A stretch of DNA of 63,612 bases, filler included, from Choristocarpus tenellus KU-1152 (GCA_964200185.2; 15 parts of 15 records of this genome joined end to end with filler, not necessarily neighbours in it); one strand, 5' to 3'. Positions 25,393-38,676 are shown, counted from the first letter of the whole stretch. The notes: generated by a model from the letters alone, not told the origin. Program-made: numbers and translations.

Positions 25393-25755
25393 AACAGAAT
25401 GTTCGTGAGATCAGGAACGGATTATGAGATAAGGAATGAGAAATATTTCGAAACCATCTCGCAGGCCGCTGATCAATTTCAGTGTGAAAGCTTTCAAATG
25501 GCCAGATTAACAAAAGCATATCTCACTCCGCAAGTAACAGCTTACAAATTTTGGCAATTTGAAAGTTTTTTCACAAAAATATCGATGAGCTCTCCCTCTT
25601 GTGTTCGAAGGGTTTCACGCCAAAAAACCGACTTCAAGAATCTGGCCATTTGAAAGCTTTAACACTGAAATTGATCGGCGGCCTGCGAGATGGTTTCGAA
25701 ATATTTCTCTTTTCCTTACCTCATAATCCGTTCCTGATCTCGCGAACATACTGTT
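25393..25755. mobile_element. Foldback MITE with about 116-bp TIRs and a 4-bp TSD AGTA
   Basis: Arms 25393-25508 and 25639-25755 are near-perfect inverted repeats; agta|AACAG...CTGTT|agta. Confidence 0.9.
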
Positions 25756-26035
25756 AGTAAGCATGCACGACACAATCTGAGTATATCATGCTTAAGAAAG
25801 TAAGCCTAGGTGTATGTATCCTCTGAGATGTCTCATTGCCTTAGGACCACACTTGTTTTGGTTTTCAGTTGCATGTGCATGATGATGTTGAGAGGAATAC
25901 ATATTCCCACATCCACTTTTCTGCCATAGTAGTGTAGCTAGTCATTACATTTTTAGTTTATAATACATGTCATCTGGATATGAACGTGGCACATTCGTCT
26001 ATGGCGAGCTTTGGGTTTTTTAAGGAGATTTCTAA

Positions 26036-26299
26036 TAGTGAAAGTATCTTTTTAGAGGGTACGAGTTTTTCCATGTTTGTCCACTTGGGACTTGGCTTCG
26101 TACTGGTTTTTTATGACATTTCACCTACTCCAAAACGTTTCTAAGTAGGTAAAATGTATATGTTATAAAAAGGAGTGCCCAGAACAAGGATATTGACATC
26201 TCCTGACAAAAACACGATAGCTAAAATCATATCAAAATTGCAACATTGGTTTTTGGTCCCCAAATGGACATGGTCCTACCCTCTAAGATACTTTGACTC
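26036..26299. mobile_element. MITE family A copy
   Basis: TAGTGAAAGTATCTTTTTAGAGGGTA...TACCCTCTAAGATACTTTGACTC. Confidence 0.9.
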
Positions 26300-26441
26300 A
26301 AAAAATGTGTAATATTTCTAAGGAGATGGGCCTGCTTGCACTTTTCATATGCTCCTAAATGGTGGATACTTGTGGATAGCAAGAAGGCGTATTCAAGTCG
26401 ACGATAAGTTTACGTACATGTGCAGGATCCCGAATGCTTGA

Positions 26442-26537
26442 GATCCAAAGTATTTGGGGGGGGGGGCGGGGGGCCGAGGGGGCCCCCCCCGGGGGGCCCT
26501 TTGAACCCAAAACAGGAAAAAGGCGCCTTCATTATCC
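26442..26537. mobile_element. MITE family B left fragment at contig end
   Basis: GATCCAAAGTATTTGGGGGG... Confidence 0.7.
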
Positions 26538-26664
26538 NNNNNNNNNNNNNNNNNNNNNNNNNNNNNNNNNNNNNNNNNNNNTTAATTAATTAANNNNNNN
26601 NNNNNNNNNNNNNNNNNNNNNNNNNNNNNNNNNNNNNTAAGAGCATGGGGGTGTGAAGGAGGAA

Positions 26665-26817
26665 CGGTCTACACCAGGGTGTCCATTCTGGCCCTGACCA
26701 GGAGGAGTCCACTTATATTATCCACCTAAAGCATGCAACCAAATCACTCCAAAATCGTGACATGGAAAAATGGGCCCAGAATGTACAGCCGCCACCCCCC
26801 CCCAGATACTTTGAACC
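26665..26817. mobile_element. MITE family B fragment at contig start
   Basis: GGTCTACACCAGGGTGTCCATT...CCCCCAGATACTTTGAACC. Confidence 0.85.
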
Positions 26818-27264
26818 TGTAATCATCTCCCCCGGGTCCAATTTTGCCAGAACAGTCCATCATAGGAGATCGGGGTCATGATAATATTGTGTTTCTGTAG
26901 GTCAATAAATACACAACTAAATGTGTTTGTCCATAATCGCAAAGATGAACAGACTTGCACTTGTTAGCACATAGCTACTACTAAATATTATTGGATTATT
27001 TTCCCTATGGTTGACTTGTGGTCAGGAACATCTCCCACCACACTACTTCTCGTCATACTGAATACTTCCTACTCAACTACTATAACCAGTTGTTGCACTA
27101 TTAGTACGCCCAATTGTACTGCCTCTGTTCTTGCCTTGCTTCTTGTACTTTGGTTTCAGTCATACCACTGTTCGTCACTCCGTCTACTCCCCCAAACTTG
27201 GTGGAAACACTTGTCTCCACGATCCACTGATGTAAATACAAATGTCAATCGAGTAATAAAAAAA

Positions 27265-27338
27265 CGGAGATGGAGAGGCTCGAACTCTCGACCTTAGGCT
27301 TATGAGACCTACGCGCTAACCAACTGAGCCACATCTCC
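27265..27338 (-). tRNA. trnM: tRNA-Met(CAT), elongator type
   Basis: Reverse complement: acceptor GGAGATG/CATCTCC, TAGGT-CT-CAT-AA-GCCTA, GAGAG-TTCGAGC-CTCTC, then an oligo-T terminator. G1-C72 and a TTC loop indicate elongator rather than initiator. One D-stem mismatch. Confidence 0.92.
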
Positions 27339-29071
27339 TAGCTGCAAATATAAGGTAACGTACTGTTATTATTTTTAGAATTAATTTGGGGATCGTCCCT
27401 ACTCATGATCAGACTCTCTACACACCACCATAATATTAATATTAAGTAAATTAATATATTTCCAGATTATACACATTTTCTAGGAGAAGATGGACCCCTC
27501 AGGGGTTGGGAGCGGTCAGACAGGGGAGGATAGGAGGGAACATGGTGCCCAACTCCTCAAACCCTCGCATGAGAGGGGGATATTATGTTGCAGTCAAGCG
27601 TTGAATCGAAATTTGATCCACACACATATATGAGTGTGTGCAGAGGGGAAGACCGTGCCAAACTGGTAATGAACATTCGTCGCCGTGTCATATGGAGTGC
27701 AAATCAAAACAGGTCAAATGTCTTGTGTATAGTCGTCTGCTACATGTTTGCCATCACACGCAAGAAAAGACAAGTTCGACTACAATGTAAATATCTCTCT
27801 GAGTAACATGTGGAAGAGTGTAGAGGTCACACAGATCATGACCGCCATCTGATATAATGTGCTAAAACCGTCGTACCTTGCACCCACATAGGTTTCGTTT
27901 GGAGATCTCTACAATAATACAGAATACTCCAACGAAGATCCTTTCTCTCAAATACATACAGTAGTTCCTCAACCGGTATCGTACCTATTGCTACACATGG
28001 AGCAGTGGATGTTTGTAGCTACCACCAGCCACCTACCCCTTCCCTCTTAGCCCTAACCCTACATCCCACATGCAGTCCTCAACATTTATTTGTTTTGTGA
28101 CAGTTCAATGCAATTCAGGTCGAGTAATCGGAATAACTAAAAACCTGAACTGAAGAAGTTTGACGATTCGTTTTTTTTATCACAATACAAACTGAAGTGT
28201 GACTAATGAGCATCTCCGAGGTCACAGAAGAGCGACATATTCGTTTACAAGGTGTCATAATACCCACAAATCACTGCACATTTCACTCTTTTTTTCTTCG
28301 GATCTGCCTGTTAAGACCTGTGGACTCTTTGGAGTTCTTGGTTCACAATGCCACGTGCCTCTCAGTGACCTGCGTGCGTTTGGTACATATGGCTTCGTGC
28401 TCCGACGGTTCAATATTGTTCAATTCTTTTTTTTCTATATCCCATTTAATCGTAGTAATAATTTCTTTCAGTTCACAACATAATGTTTTGTAAATTTATG
28501 TTGAGAGGATGGCTGCCCAAAACGTGAACTGTTGTGATCCAGCAACAGTGACGAAGAGAATCACCACACACGACCTTGTTGATGCTTGACTTCTGCTATA
28601 TGATATCCTTGTATCTGTTGCTGCTGGAAGGAACCTACCACCAGTTCCGGACAGCATTAAAAAATCAAATAGAGTATCGTAATTCACCACACAAATGAGA
28701 AATCGTACTTGTGAGGTGTGATGAACGAGAGATGCACTTTACTTTTTGTCCTATCAGGTACGATTTTGAATCGTACTGTGATTCCAACGTGTACAAACAC
28801 TCCTTAGCAACAGTTGAGAAATAATTCTCTCCCTGTCTTCAACACTCTTTCGGGGTGGACCAATTAAGTTGTAGTTATGTAAACATATCCCTCCACATTC
28901 ATCCACGGGTTAAATATTCCCTCGGAGCCAAGTAGACAAGAGGTACTCCGGGTTGCATTTCGAGGATGCTGACAAATGTGAAAACCCGATTTTTGGTACA
29001 AATATGAGTAGGGACTTTCTGAATTCTCCCAAAGGTTTTGGAAGAACGAAGAAACCAACGCTCTCAAGTCT

Positions 29072-29364
29072 GAGTCAAAGAATTTAAGAGGATGGGATTT
29101 TTGCAATTTAAGAGGATCGGATTTTTGCCCTGCTTCTCCGTTTGGGGCTTGGCTTCCCACATTTTTTTTATGCCCTTTTTCGGTTTTCTGTGTCAATATT
29201 TCGGATTAAGGAGTAGGTAAAATGTACAGGACTATGAAAGGTGCGTCCAGAGCAAGTATATTGATACTTGCTAACAAACACGATGGCAAAAATGTATCAA
29301 ACTCGCAACATTGGATTTGTGACCCCGAACGGACGCGGCCCTACCCTCTTGAATACTTTGGGTC
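29072..29364. mobile_element. MITE family A variant, TSD TCT
   Basis: tct|GAGTCAAAGAATTTAAGAGG...CCCTCTTGAATACTTTGGGTC|tct, with an internal duplication of about 25 bp near the left end. Confidence 0.85.
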
Positions 29365-29905
29365 TCTATCTTAGCACACTTCATTCGTAGAGATAAGGGC
29401 GAATTGCTGAAAATAAAAAAAAGTGACTTAAACTGCGAAACTGTCAAAACGTGGCCACCTCTCGTTTACTCTGGATCTCAGTCGTCACTGGTAAGATAAC
29501 CGTGGTAGCAGTAGCGGTTTTTCTTCGTGGAGTGGGATGTTAGTAATAAGACGTTATCACCCACCAGCTTGTGCTCAAGCATCTTTCACCTTGTTTATTA
29601 GAATAAAGAAATCTTCACAATAAAAGATTCTCTAGTCCTCCTTCCGCAACTCTTTTCGGCGCCTTGGTGTACCTGCCAGTTTGAAAAACAATGAAATTCA
29701 TAGAGACAAGAGTCCACACGTCAGTTGCTCTCTATCCGTGAGACTTAAGCACAACATGACGTACAGTTTCATATCCTGAAGTGTTATGGACAAACCCCTG
29801 ACTGGCCTAGATATTGCGCCCTCTTCTTCCTACTGCATTACCTTCTCCTTCGCTATTTAACTCCCGACTTCATTCGGTTGTTTTATTCTACGAGGTAGAC
29901 TGCAC

Positions 29906-30147
29906 CAATTCAGAAGGAGGGTACTGAGAAAGAGCAAGAAACACTGGTTTGCTGCACTCCGGACAAAGATTCGCTTAGTTTACCTGGTGCTACTTAGCAC
30001 TTTTGCGATTTAGTTCCAGGGTTCAGTCGGTTCTTCTTCTCAACGAGGTTTAATGCATCAATTCAGTAGAAGAGTACTGACAAAGAGAAAGAAAGATTGG
30101 ATCGCTGCACTCCAGATAAAGAATCACATAGTCCACTTGGTGCTACT
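29906..30147. repeat. Diverged direct duplication of about 88 bp
   Basis: CAATTCAG..GTACTGA.AAAGAG..GCTGCACTCC.GA.AAAGA..TGGTGCTACT at about 29906 and 30059. Confidence 0.75.
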
Positions 30148-31112
30148 AATGTGGTGAGGGGAAAAGAAAACAATGTGCCTGGAGTAACAAGCCAAAGCAA
30201 TTTGGACGTAGGCAGGGTTGCATTTTAAGGATCCCAAGGCAAAAAGGCGCCGTTTTATACAATTACAGAAAGAGACTGTGCGGATATATGGTGTCACTTT
30301 GTGCGTGGAAAGGGGGAATATCAATTTTCGTACACTATTGTGCACATCAAGTAATGAAGTAGAGTGTATTGCACACAGCGTAAGAAATATGACTTAGATT
30401 GCAAAAGGCCCAAACCTGCTACCTCTCACTTGCTTCGACTTTAACAGCAAATTTGCGAGAATCAACTGTTCTTCTATAGGTATCACGCACTTCAACAATA
30501 ATAATTTATTCCGGCATACTTGTAAGCATAGAGTTCTGTGTAGGTAATTTTGCGATGTTGAAGTGCTAGGGAGCGAGAAACTGCCTTGTCTATCAATTTC
30601 GTCTATTAGTTTGTTGGCGGAGCAGTATCCTGCGGCAAATATGACAAAATGATGAGCGCATCAAATGAGGGGTCCACCATGCATGGTTGAAGCAGCAGAA
30701 CTTTCTAGTGCCCCCCTACATAAATTTGATGAAGAAAGGATAATGCCTAAGCCCGAACGCCTGTCTTTGTACGTCCATCGCAGCTCAGTGTTTCGTGGGA
30801 CTTTGTAAGGAAGTACGCAAACTAAATTTTCTACTCTTTGTGAAATTATGTGTCTGCGTGACATGTCTCTATCTTTTTGCTCCCTCTCCTGACTGAACCT
30901 TTTTCTTTGGCTATTATTAAAATAGTTGTCAGGGGTTGTATAGAAAGTGAGCTCCTGTTGCTTCAGACTCGCCAAGAATCCATATATTAGCACGAACATC
31001 AGTCTTCTACATTGCCATCTATTCTAACAGGATTGAAGTAAGGGTGTGTGTGCCATGTGAATTGGTTGTATTATATTTATTCTCGTTCAGTAAATTGTGT
31101 TTAGGTTGGTGT

Positions 31113-31194
31113 GATCGTTTGCCCGAGCGGTCTAAGGGGTGGCGTTCAGGTCGTCATTTATTCGTACTCGTGGGTTCGAACCCCACAGCGATCA
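31113..31194 (+). tRNA. trnL: tRNA-Leu(CAG)
   Basis: Acceptor GATCGTT/AGCGATC plus discriminator A, TGGCG-TT-CAG-GT-CGTCA, GTGGG-TTCGAAC-CCCAC, downstream T run. The variable arm is weakly paired. Confidence 0.9.
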
Positions 31195-31429
31195 TGTTTT
31201 AATATCTATAAATAATAGAATATAGATAGAAGAAAATATATACTCTTCACGTTGGGCATTATTATATTATATTATTTATATGTTTTATTTTGAATATTAG
31301 ATTTGTAAATTTATTACAAATTCCTTGTTGTTTCGTATCTTGAGGTGATTTGTGATCCGTATGTGTGTCAATGCCTCACATTCAGACTTGTAGAAGACGT
31401 AGTGGTCATGGTCCAGATATGCCAGAAAA

Positions 31430-31732
31430 GATTGAACTGACGGACAGCCACGGTCCAGACATGCAACAAAAAAAGTAGACTGGTCATTCGGTGGACATGG
31501 TCTGGACATGTCAGAGAATGTTTGACCTGGTCCGGTCAGCGGACATGGACCAATCGATTCAGCCTAGTGGACATGAACCAGGACGTGCTAAATAATTGTT
31601 GGACCAGTCTGGACATGGACATGGACCGGTTCAATACCTAGTGGACATGGACTGGGAAATGTTAGATAATTATGGGACCAGTCCGGTCGGTCGACAGGAC
31701 CTTTCAAATTTTCTGGACTGGTGAAAACCCTG
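31430..31732. repeat. GGACATGG-rich array ending CCCTG, possible hAT-type subterminal region (similar design at 38170-38436)
   Basis: Multiple GGACATGGAC/GTCC motifs ending GTGAAAACCCTG; no partner end or TSD found. Confidence 0.4.
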
Positions 31733-31752
31733 GAATATTTTATTACTACGTA

Positions 31753-32241
31753 GTGTGAAACAGATGGAAACAAGCTGACAGGTTCTTCAGACTGAAGGAG
31801 AGGGGGAAGATCCAAAGGAGGCAAGAAAATGGAGAGAGTTAAGGCAAGAGGGATAGCAATCCCTCAGAAGATCACTCAGGAAGGAGTGAACTAGACCCAA
31901 AGTATCTGGGGGGGGGAGGGGTCTACACCAGGGTGTCCATATGGACCAAAATCAGGAAAAGTGCATTTACATTATCCATCCGATGACGTATGAAACCAAA
32001 TCACCCGAAAATCGCGACATGAAAAAATTGACCCCAAATGGACAGCCGCCAGTTCCCCCCCAGATACTTTGAGTCACAAGTGAAAAAGTGAATGAGGGGG
32101 GTTTGCAAGGTCCCCTCAAACCACCCGCTATTTACTTCAAGCAGATGTTACCTTCAACATGCAAAAACAAATGTTATACGAATAACGGATTTTTCAAGAT
32201 AGGTTACCTTAGAGGTACACCTTCTTTGGAAGATGGCTCTC
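31753..32241 (+). repeat. Dispersed repeat D copy carrying a MITE B insertion
   Basis: Collinear with 50541-50845 once 31894-32075 is removed. Confidence 0.85.
31894..32075. mobile_element. MITE family B, complete
   Basis: acta|GACCCAAAGTATCTGGGGG...CCCCCAGATACTTTGAGTC|acaa; the empty site is visible at about 50673-50690. Confidence 0.9.
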
Positions 32242-34239
32242 ACAATAGCAGTATTTGCACATATTATACGTAGCATTTACTATATACGGGTATCCCTAAC
32301 ACCGCAGTTTTACCATATAATATAATGCTACTATCTACTAAATATTTCCATCGAAGTAGTATATTCTTATATATTATTATGCCCTCTTTTTCTTATTGTT
32401 CAATCTGAGTTACTATTAATACCGTTACTACTACAGTAGTATCGTTGTGTTCACGTTAGTCTGACGGACCCCATGAACTTATGGTCGAAAGGTAGTTTGA
32501 GGAAGGCAACATAACATGTTTGAGAAAAAATACTACACCAATCAAGGAAGAAATAAATTTTGAAAAAGCAGCGGAAGGAGAAAAGATTGGGCTAGCCTAT
32601 TTACACCCTACATACTCCTTAAAATCGTGATAAGAGGCACAAAACATTACACTACTCATATTCATATTCTAGTTTCCTGCTTAATGCACTTATGTTGAGG
32701 TGTTTTGTTCACCTACCTGCGGCATATATTTGTATATGACAATTTAACTATCTGTCATTTGCGATGGGTCTTAATGGCGGTTTCATAAACACCATTATGA
32801 ACCTGAAGTCTTAGGTTTTATATGTTGTGCCTATTATGAATTTATTATATATTTAGTCATGGTGCGACCATACATCGCCCGTACCAAGTTTGTTTTAACA
32901 AGACCAGAACCGCGAACGGATCGCATGATCACTACAACTGACTTAGATCAAGATAAAATATGAAGGATACTTGCCATCGAGTAGGTTATATCTCGCAAAA
33001 GAGTGAAGTAATCCAACGAACAAAATTGAACGGCCTAACGTTCCACCTTCCTCTTGTGTACCCCTTCTAAAATCTAGCACACACGGAGCTGAAGCTATAA
33101 AGAGTCAATCGAGATGGTAGCGTAGCAGAACCATTCCTTGGTGTACGTCGAGCTTTCAGGTCTTGTTGATCGTAATGTTGTCACACAATGGGCAGTACTT
33201 CCTAGCGATGATATTTTCCTGATTTAGACGGAAGTTACGTATCTGCAGATGGTTAGAATAGACGCTGTGATATCTATATGCGGAGTTCACTTGCTTGCTA
33301 TTCACCGCTTCGGTATTCTGGAAGGATCGATAGTGTAGGAGGATGTTAAATCATTTCGACGTTCAGGAGTTTGTAATATAAAAAAAATATTATAGGAACA
33401 ACTAATTGGTTCCCCTCCCACAAAAAAAAACATTACTTCACAACATTCCAACATTGTAGCCAACTTGGCATTGTACAATACCTGTCCAAGGGGTTTCATT
33501 TTGAAATTCAGTGTTATCTCTGTATCTTCCTCAGCCGTACACTTCCAAATAAGGAATTGCAAAGACATTCACAGGTCGCTCCTTCTCCCAAGGTATACAG
33601 AGGATCCTTACACTGAGATCCTTTCCCTAAAAACACTTAGGAAGCGACACCGAACATATATATTTTCTACGTTATGAAACAATCTTTGAACTCGATAAAT
33701 GAGACTTCACTATTTACGAACAGTACGAACATTCATAACCCACTCATGAACACATACACCACAGACAAAGAAATATAGTGTCAAGAAAAGGGTACTTGAA
33801 TTACAGTCAGTTCTCAGCACCCCAAAAGGTACATTCAATACCTACCCACCATGTGTGCACACAAGACAAGAAGCGGACCTTCACACCCATGCTAATAGCA
33901 CAAACCACAAAATTGCCCAATCCAACTTCTACACAGGTAAGGCATCTATGTCGCTCAGCGGCACCCTCTATCATACCTCAGGGCATTGAGGGTTTCTCCC
34001 CACCACACGTTACCAATCCACCCGAGAGAAGAGTATCAATCATTTACAAGCACAACCAGAACAGTCTTTGAAAAAATAATGCACAAAGTCTACTCATCAC
34101 AAACATCAAGACCGAACATCATGCCACGGGGCACTAGGCCTCTATACCATCACACCATACCCCAGTGATCCCCAATCCATGAGGAAAGGTAGACTTAGTT
34201 AGGGGCAGGGTTGTACTGCACCCTTGGGGGCGCTACAGG

Positions 34240-34583
34240 TCATGCTATTTCATGGCCTCTTCCCTGAGTCATCTCAGTACCCTCCACATCTGCTGTCCCT
34301 GGATCCTGGCTAGGGGCTGCGGAGCCAAGTCCAAAGACATGGAACACTGTCGACAGAAGCCAATACACTGTTGTTAACCCAGTGACCACCGCACTCCTAA
34401 CCGCTAGGACAAAATCCCTGGTGTTGGGGGAGGGGGGGGGGGGGGGGGGGGGGGGGTTTTTTTTTTTTTTCACAAAAGATAAAAAAAAAGGAGGGGGTTT
34501 GTGGGGGAGAGAGAACAAACAAAAAAAANNNNNNNNNNGGGCACGACGAGCAGGGGCTCCGGGGGCGGGGGGCGGGGTGCGGG

Positions 34584-34636
<53 letters not shown>

Positions 34637-35660
34637 AGGTTTGATTTTGTTCAGCCAATTCGATAGCAAAATTCGAGGCGTTTTTAGGGAGAGCAATCAA
34701 CCCAAAACAATTCAGGCCTTTCCCAACTCCGCATGATACCTCCTACTCCAACATTGCAGTGCATGGGCAGACTGCTTACACCCTCTGGAACACCGAATTT
34801 TCCCCTTTTGAACGGCACGAGGAGCTTCTCTTACCTCGGGGATAAGGCTTGTTCAGGGTGTCCATCTTGAGGCTGTGGACATGGCACAAAGTTGGGTTGA
34901 CGGGCTATTTCTCGCATTCCCCAGTAGGTCTCCATTTTTACATATGATGCTGACACAAGCGTATCAGGAGACAAAAATAAAAACAGTTAATCGAGAGACG
35001 ATAGACACGCACAAGCACTTCACGCGTGAGTGAGTGAGAGTTGGTGATCAATACATCAACTCTCAATACATCAACGCATCTGCGAATGCCAAGGTAGAGT
35101 TCTTGACGGTAGTAACTATTGTAGTGTAATCATGTCACCCACACCAATGTGCACCAATTCAAGTATCAAATACCTGACAATACCATAGGCTACTACTACT
35201 GCACACAGAGCAATACCCAACAACGTTGGCGAGCTTTTGAAGCAAAAAAAATCTCCCCTCCCACGGGAGATTCTACGCCCCTAGGGAACAGAGCATGAAG
35301 CAAGCACAGCTCAGGTCTAGTCTATGCAGCCCGGTGGTAGCTGTTGGCTATTCTACCAAGACATTGTACAACGGGACAGGGGTTAGATAATTATATCGTA
35401 ATCCATCTCAAACGCCTGTCTCTCACATAGCCATTGTATCTGCCCCAAATCCCTGGTGACATCCAACACGGGGCTTGCCAACAAGCTGTCCGTCATAGCA
35501 ATAAAATATAATGGGGGAATGACACTCAGGTTGGTTCAACAATGCCTCCACGTTTCTCACCCCTAGCAGGCATGCAAAGGGAAGTCAGTCCATAGACATT
35601 CATAATCCCGACCAGGATGCCCGACAGGTGCCCCATGAACGAAATCCCTGGTATCATTAC
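34240..35660 (-). CDS. 3' part of a rhomboid protease gene, RHBDD1/RBL14-RBL15 type (exons 35561-35660, 34835-34949, 34240-34417)
   Basis: VMIPGISFMGHLSGILVGIMNVYGL contains the catalytic-His motif SFxGHLxG. Phase-consistent joins continue ASYVKMETYWGMREIARQPNFVPC and RDFVLAVRS...GHEIA to a stop. The first two exons are absent from the ORF track. Confidence 0.88.
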
Positions 35661-35955
35661 CTGCGCAAAATTCGGTGGGATCAGAGCAGACCTTAACAGA
35701 AGCAGGGGAAATCTTATCTAGCTAGGTAAGGGCATTCATTGCCACAACCAAATGACCAAATACACAATGTCCTAGTGTTGCCTACTCTCGTCACCCCACC
35801 CGCACACCCCTAACTCTCTCACTCCTCCACCACCTGCTTATCAGACCACACAAACNNNNNNNNNNNNNNNNNNNNNNNNNNNNNNNNNNNNNNNNNNNNT
35901 TAATTAATTAANNNNNNNNNNNNNNNNNNNNNNNNNNNNNNNNNNNNNNNNNNNN

Positions 35956-36007
35956 GTATGCAACCAAATCACCCAAAAATCGCGACCCCTCCCAGATAGT
36001 TTGAGCC
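35956..36007. mobile_element. MITE family B end fragment
   Basis: GCAACCAAATCACCCAAAAATCGCGAC...CCCAGATAGTTTGAGCC. Confidence 0.75.
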
Positions 36008-36761
36008 AACATCGGTATCAAATAAGGAGGTGGCAATTCGCAGTTTGTGCAAGTAATGTGCGGTTCATAAATTATTTCAAACCTGGAGGAAAAATAAATT
36101 CATTTCCACTCAAACCACTTATATAGAATGGGGTATCTTCAAGTATATAAATATTTCAAGTGTCCCATTGATGACGTAAACACGACTAGATGAAGTACAA
36201 GTGCATGATCCAACGAACGGGTTGCTCAACCTCTGTCTTCCACTCCTTGTTTACGACTACTTCTCAATGTAACTACTCCAAGAATATCGTTGTATGGAGT
36301 GATAATGCTTTGCTACAGACAACGGTATTCCACGAAATATTTTTCTTTCCGAAGCTAGCCGTCCACCAATCATATCCCTTTACCCTAGATCTTTCCTTTG
36401 CTTATCTATATGTAGTATGGTTCTACCTTGTTTCTTCGTCTGTACTTGTCACTCTGGGTCAAGGGCTAGAGTCAGGATTAGGTTCACCCTAACTATCACG
36501 ACATCTACCTCTACCTCTCCCTTTCCTATTGCTTATCGCTATTTGTGCTGTTAACCCTAACCCTTTCCTCACTGCTCTTTCCTACTTACCTGCAACTGCA
36601 TCTATAACAAGTTAGCTGATGAGGGTATCATGCCTACAAATACATCATCCATGGTCTGTCTTTAAGTCCCTGAGCCCATCCATTCCCTATATACTATTGC
36701 AAGAATGAGTCAAGATCTGTCTGGGTAAGACGTGCTTTTTCTGCTCAACCTACCCAACCAG

Positions 36762-37437
36762 GTGCTCACTGTGGTTCCTGCGTCAGAGCCCATAAACACC
36801 TCTTCAGCTGTCGTACCCCTGTCAACAGTTGCACCCTTTGGCCCTGTGAAGGGAGAGAGGGGATTTTTTCTGGTGGATCCTCCTGTGGTTGAGTTTTTGG
36901 ACTATGCTATTGATGGGACCTACAGGTGGATCAAATGTTTAGTGTCTTAGAGTGGAAGTATCTTAGAGGGTACGAATTTTGCCTTGTTCGTCCATTTGGG
37001 ACTTGGCTTCCCACAGATGTATTATGACATTTCCCTACTCCGAAATGTTTTGGAGTAGGTATAATGTATATGTCATGAAAAGGCGTGTTCGGAATAAGGA
37101 TATCGACACTTTCCTAACCAACACGATAGCAAAAATAACATCAAAATTGCAACATTGGATTTTGGTCCCCAAACGGACGCGGCTCTACCCTCTAAGATAC
37201 TTTGGCTCTTATGTCTATAATAAGAACGATTTGAGCACATATACAGCTGATACATAGGGGCACTCTTTGCATGCAAAAACCTCCTCCTCTCTCACCCGCC
37301 CTCTTCTCCCAATGCCCCTTTCACTGGGTAACCCCAACTCATCTCCCAGGACGGAAATGATCCTTCACAACATCAGTGTACTGAGCAGGGGGGTGAAGGT
37401 GCTGCCTCCTGCTACAGAGTTTTTTTCAATATCCAAG
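36762..37437 (+). CDS. DLEC1: Two exons (36762-36925, 37350-37437) of a DLEC1/FAP81-like ciliary ASH-domain protein
   Basis: The spliced peptide FFLVDPPVVEFLDYAIDGTYRTEMILHNISVLSRGVKVLPPATEFFSI resembles the DLEC1 motif FxxxPPxxxFxDYxxGxxYxxxxxLxNxxxxSRxxxVLPPxTxxF (recalled, not searched). Phases match. Confidence 0.72.
36950..37208. mobile_element. MITE family A, complete, TSD TTA, intronic
   Basis: tta|GAGTGGAAGTATCTTAGAGGGTA...TACCCTCTAAGATACTTTGGCTC|tta. Confidence 0.92.
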
Positions 37438-37739
37438 GTACTTTGTACTAGGTTAAAAGTTCTAGCAGCATCCTCATGTGTCCTTACTTTGACTGAATGC
37501 TTAAGGTGACCCGATTCTGTTGCGCTCCAGTGGCACTCTTACCTTCACACAGCCCTCCAGAACTTAGTGAGCATAACACCATACAAGCAACAAATGTAGT
37601 AGATGAGATAGAAAATGTGCATAGGCCTTTTCATAGACATATGGTGGAGTGATCTGTAGAAGAGTTCGAACATTATAGTAAATTAGAAGTATTACTCTGG
37701 AGTAATATATTACTATAAATCATCATTATTGCGTACAGT

Positions 37740-38002
37740 GAGACAAAGTAAACGAGAGGTAACCAGGTTTTGGCTGTTTTGAATTATAAGCCATTTTTTC
37801 AATATTTTGCAATTCAGCCATATTTCCATGGACGAAATTCTAAGCTTGACTTGAGAGGGTTGGTTTCTCTATTGTTTGAAACTTTTCGACACAATTCGGA
37901 AAGTATCTTACACACATTAGTAAAAAAAGCAGAATTATAAACAGATTTTCTGGCATTAAAAAAAATGCAACTGCTGCTGGTGCCTCTTGTTTACTTTGAC
38001 TC
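37740..38002. mobile_element. MITE family C, complete
   Basis: GAGACAAAGTAAACGAGAGGTA...TGCCTCTTGTTTACTTTGACTC. Confidence 0.88.
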
Positions 38003-38626
38003 TGTAGGCCACATGCGACAATCCCAACCTGTGATCATATGCACTGCAAACTGCACTATAAACACTGCAATATTAACTTGAACAGCATGTTTTTAAAACA
38101 TTGATTACTGTATGATTTAATAGAAAAATAACAACTACATACAAGTCTTATTGAGTAACAAACTCTAATCGCCTGACCCAGTCCAACCAATCTGAGACCC
38201 GACTCAGCCCTGTCAAAATATGTCTCAATCAGGTTGATCTGTGGCCCGGTCCTGTTAAGGATATTAAAGGTTTTGACTAGGCCCTGTTAGACATATTGTA
38301 ACCTGGTCAGTCTAGGGACCCCGAGTCAGCCCCGGAAAAATCTCATGTCCCTGGACCGGTCATGTATAGAAACATTTTAACTAGATCAGCCCGCAGTGAG
38401 ACCCCACCACAGTTTTCTGTCCAGCATAAGGCCCTGATAATGGGCCATTACGATATTAATATATCATGTTGCTTTGAATGGTGAAAGCACTACTTGAGAA
38501 AGATGTTTGGGTGATTTGTTATCTGGATGATGTGATAATATGTATGTAACATATAATTCATGGGTAGCATATTCTGTAGAAATTTAAGTCTTCCCTATCA
38601 CCTGTCAACAATGGCATATGCATAAT

Positions 38627-38640
38627 GAACCAAAGTATCT

Positions 38641-38676
<36 letters not shown>

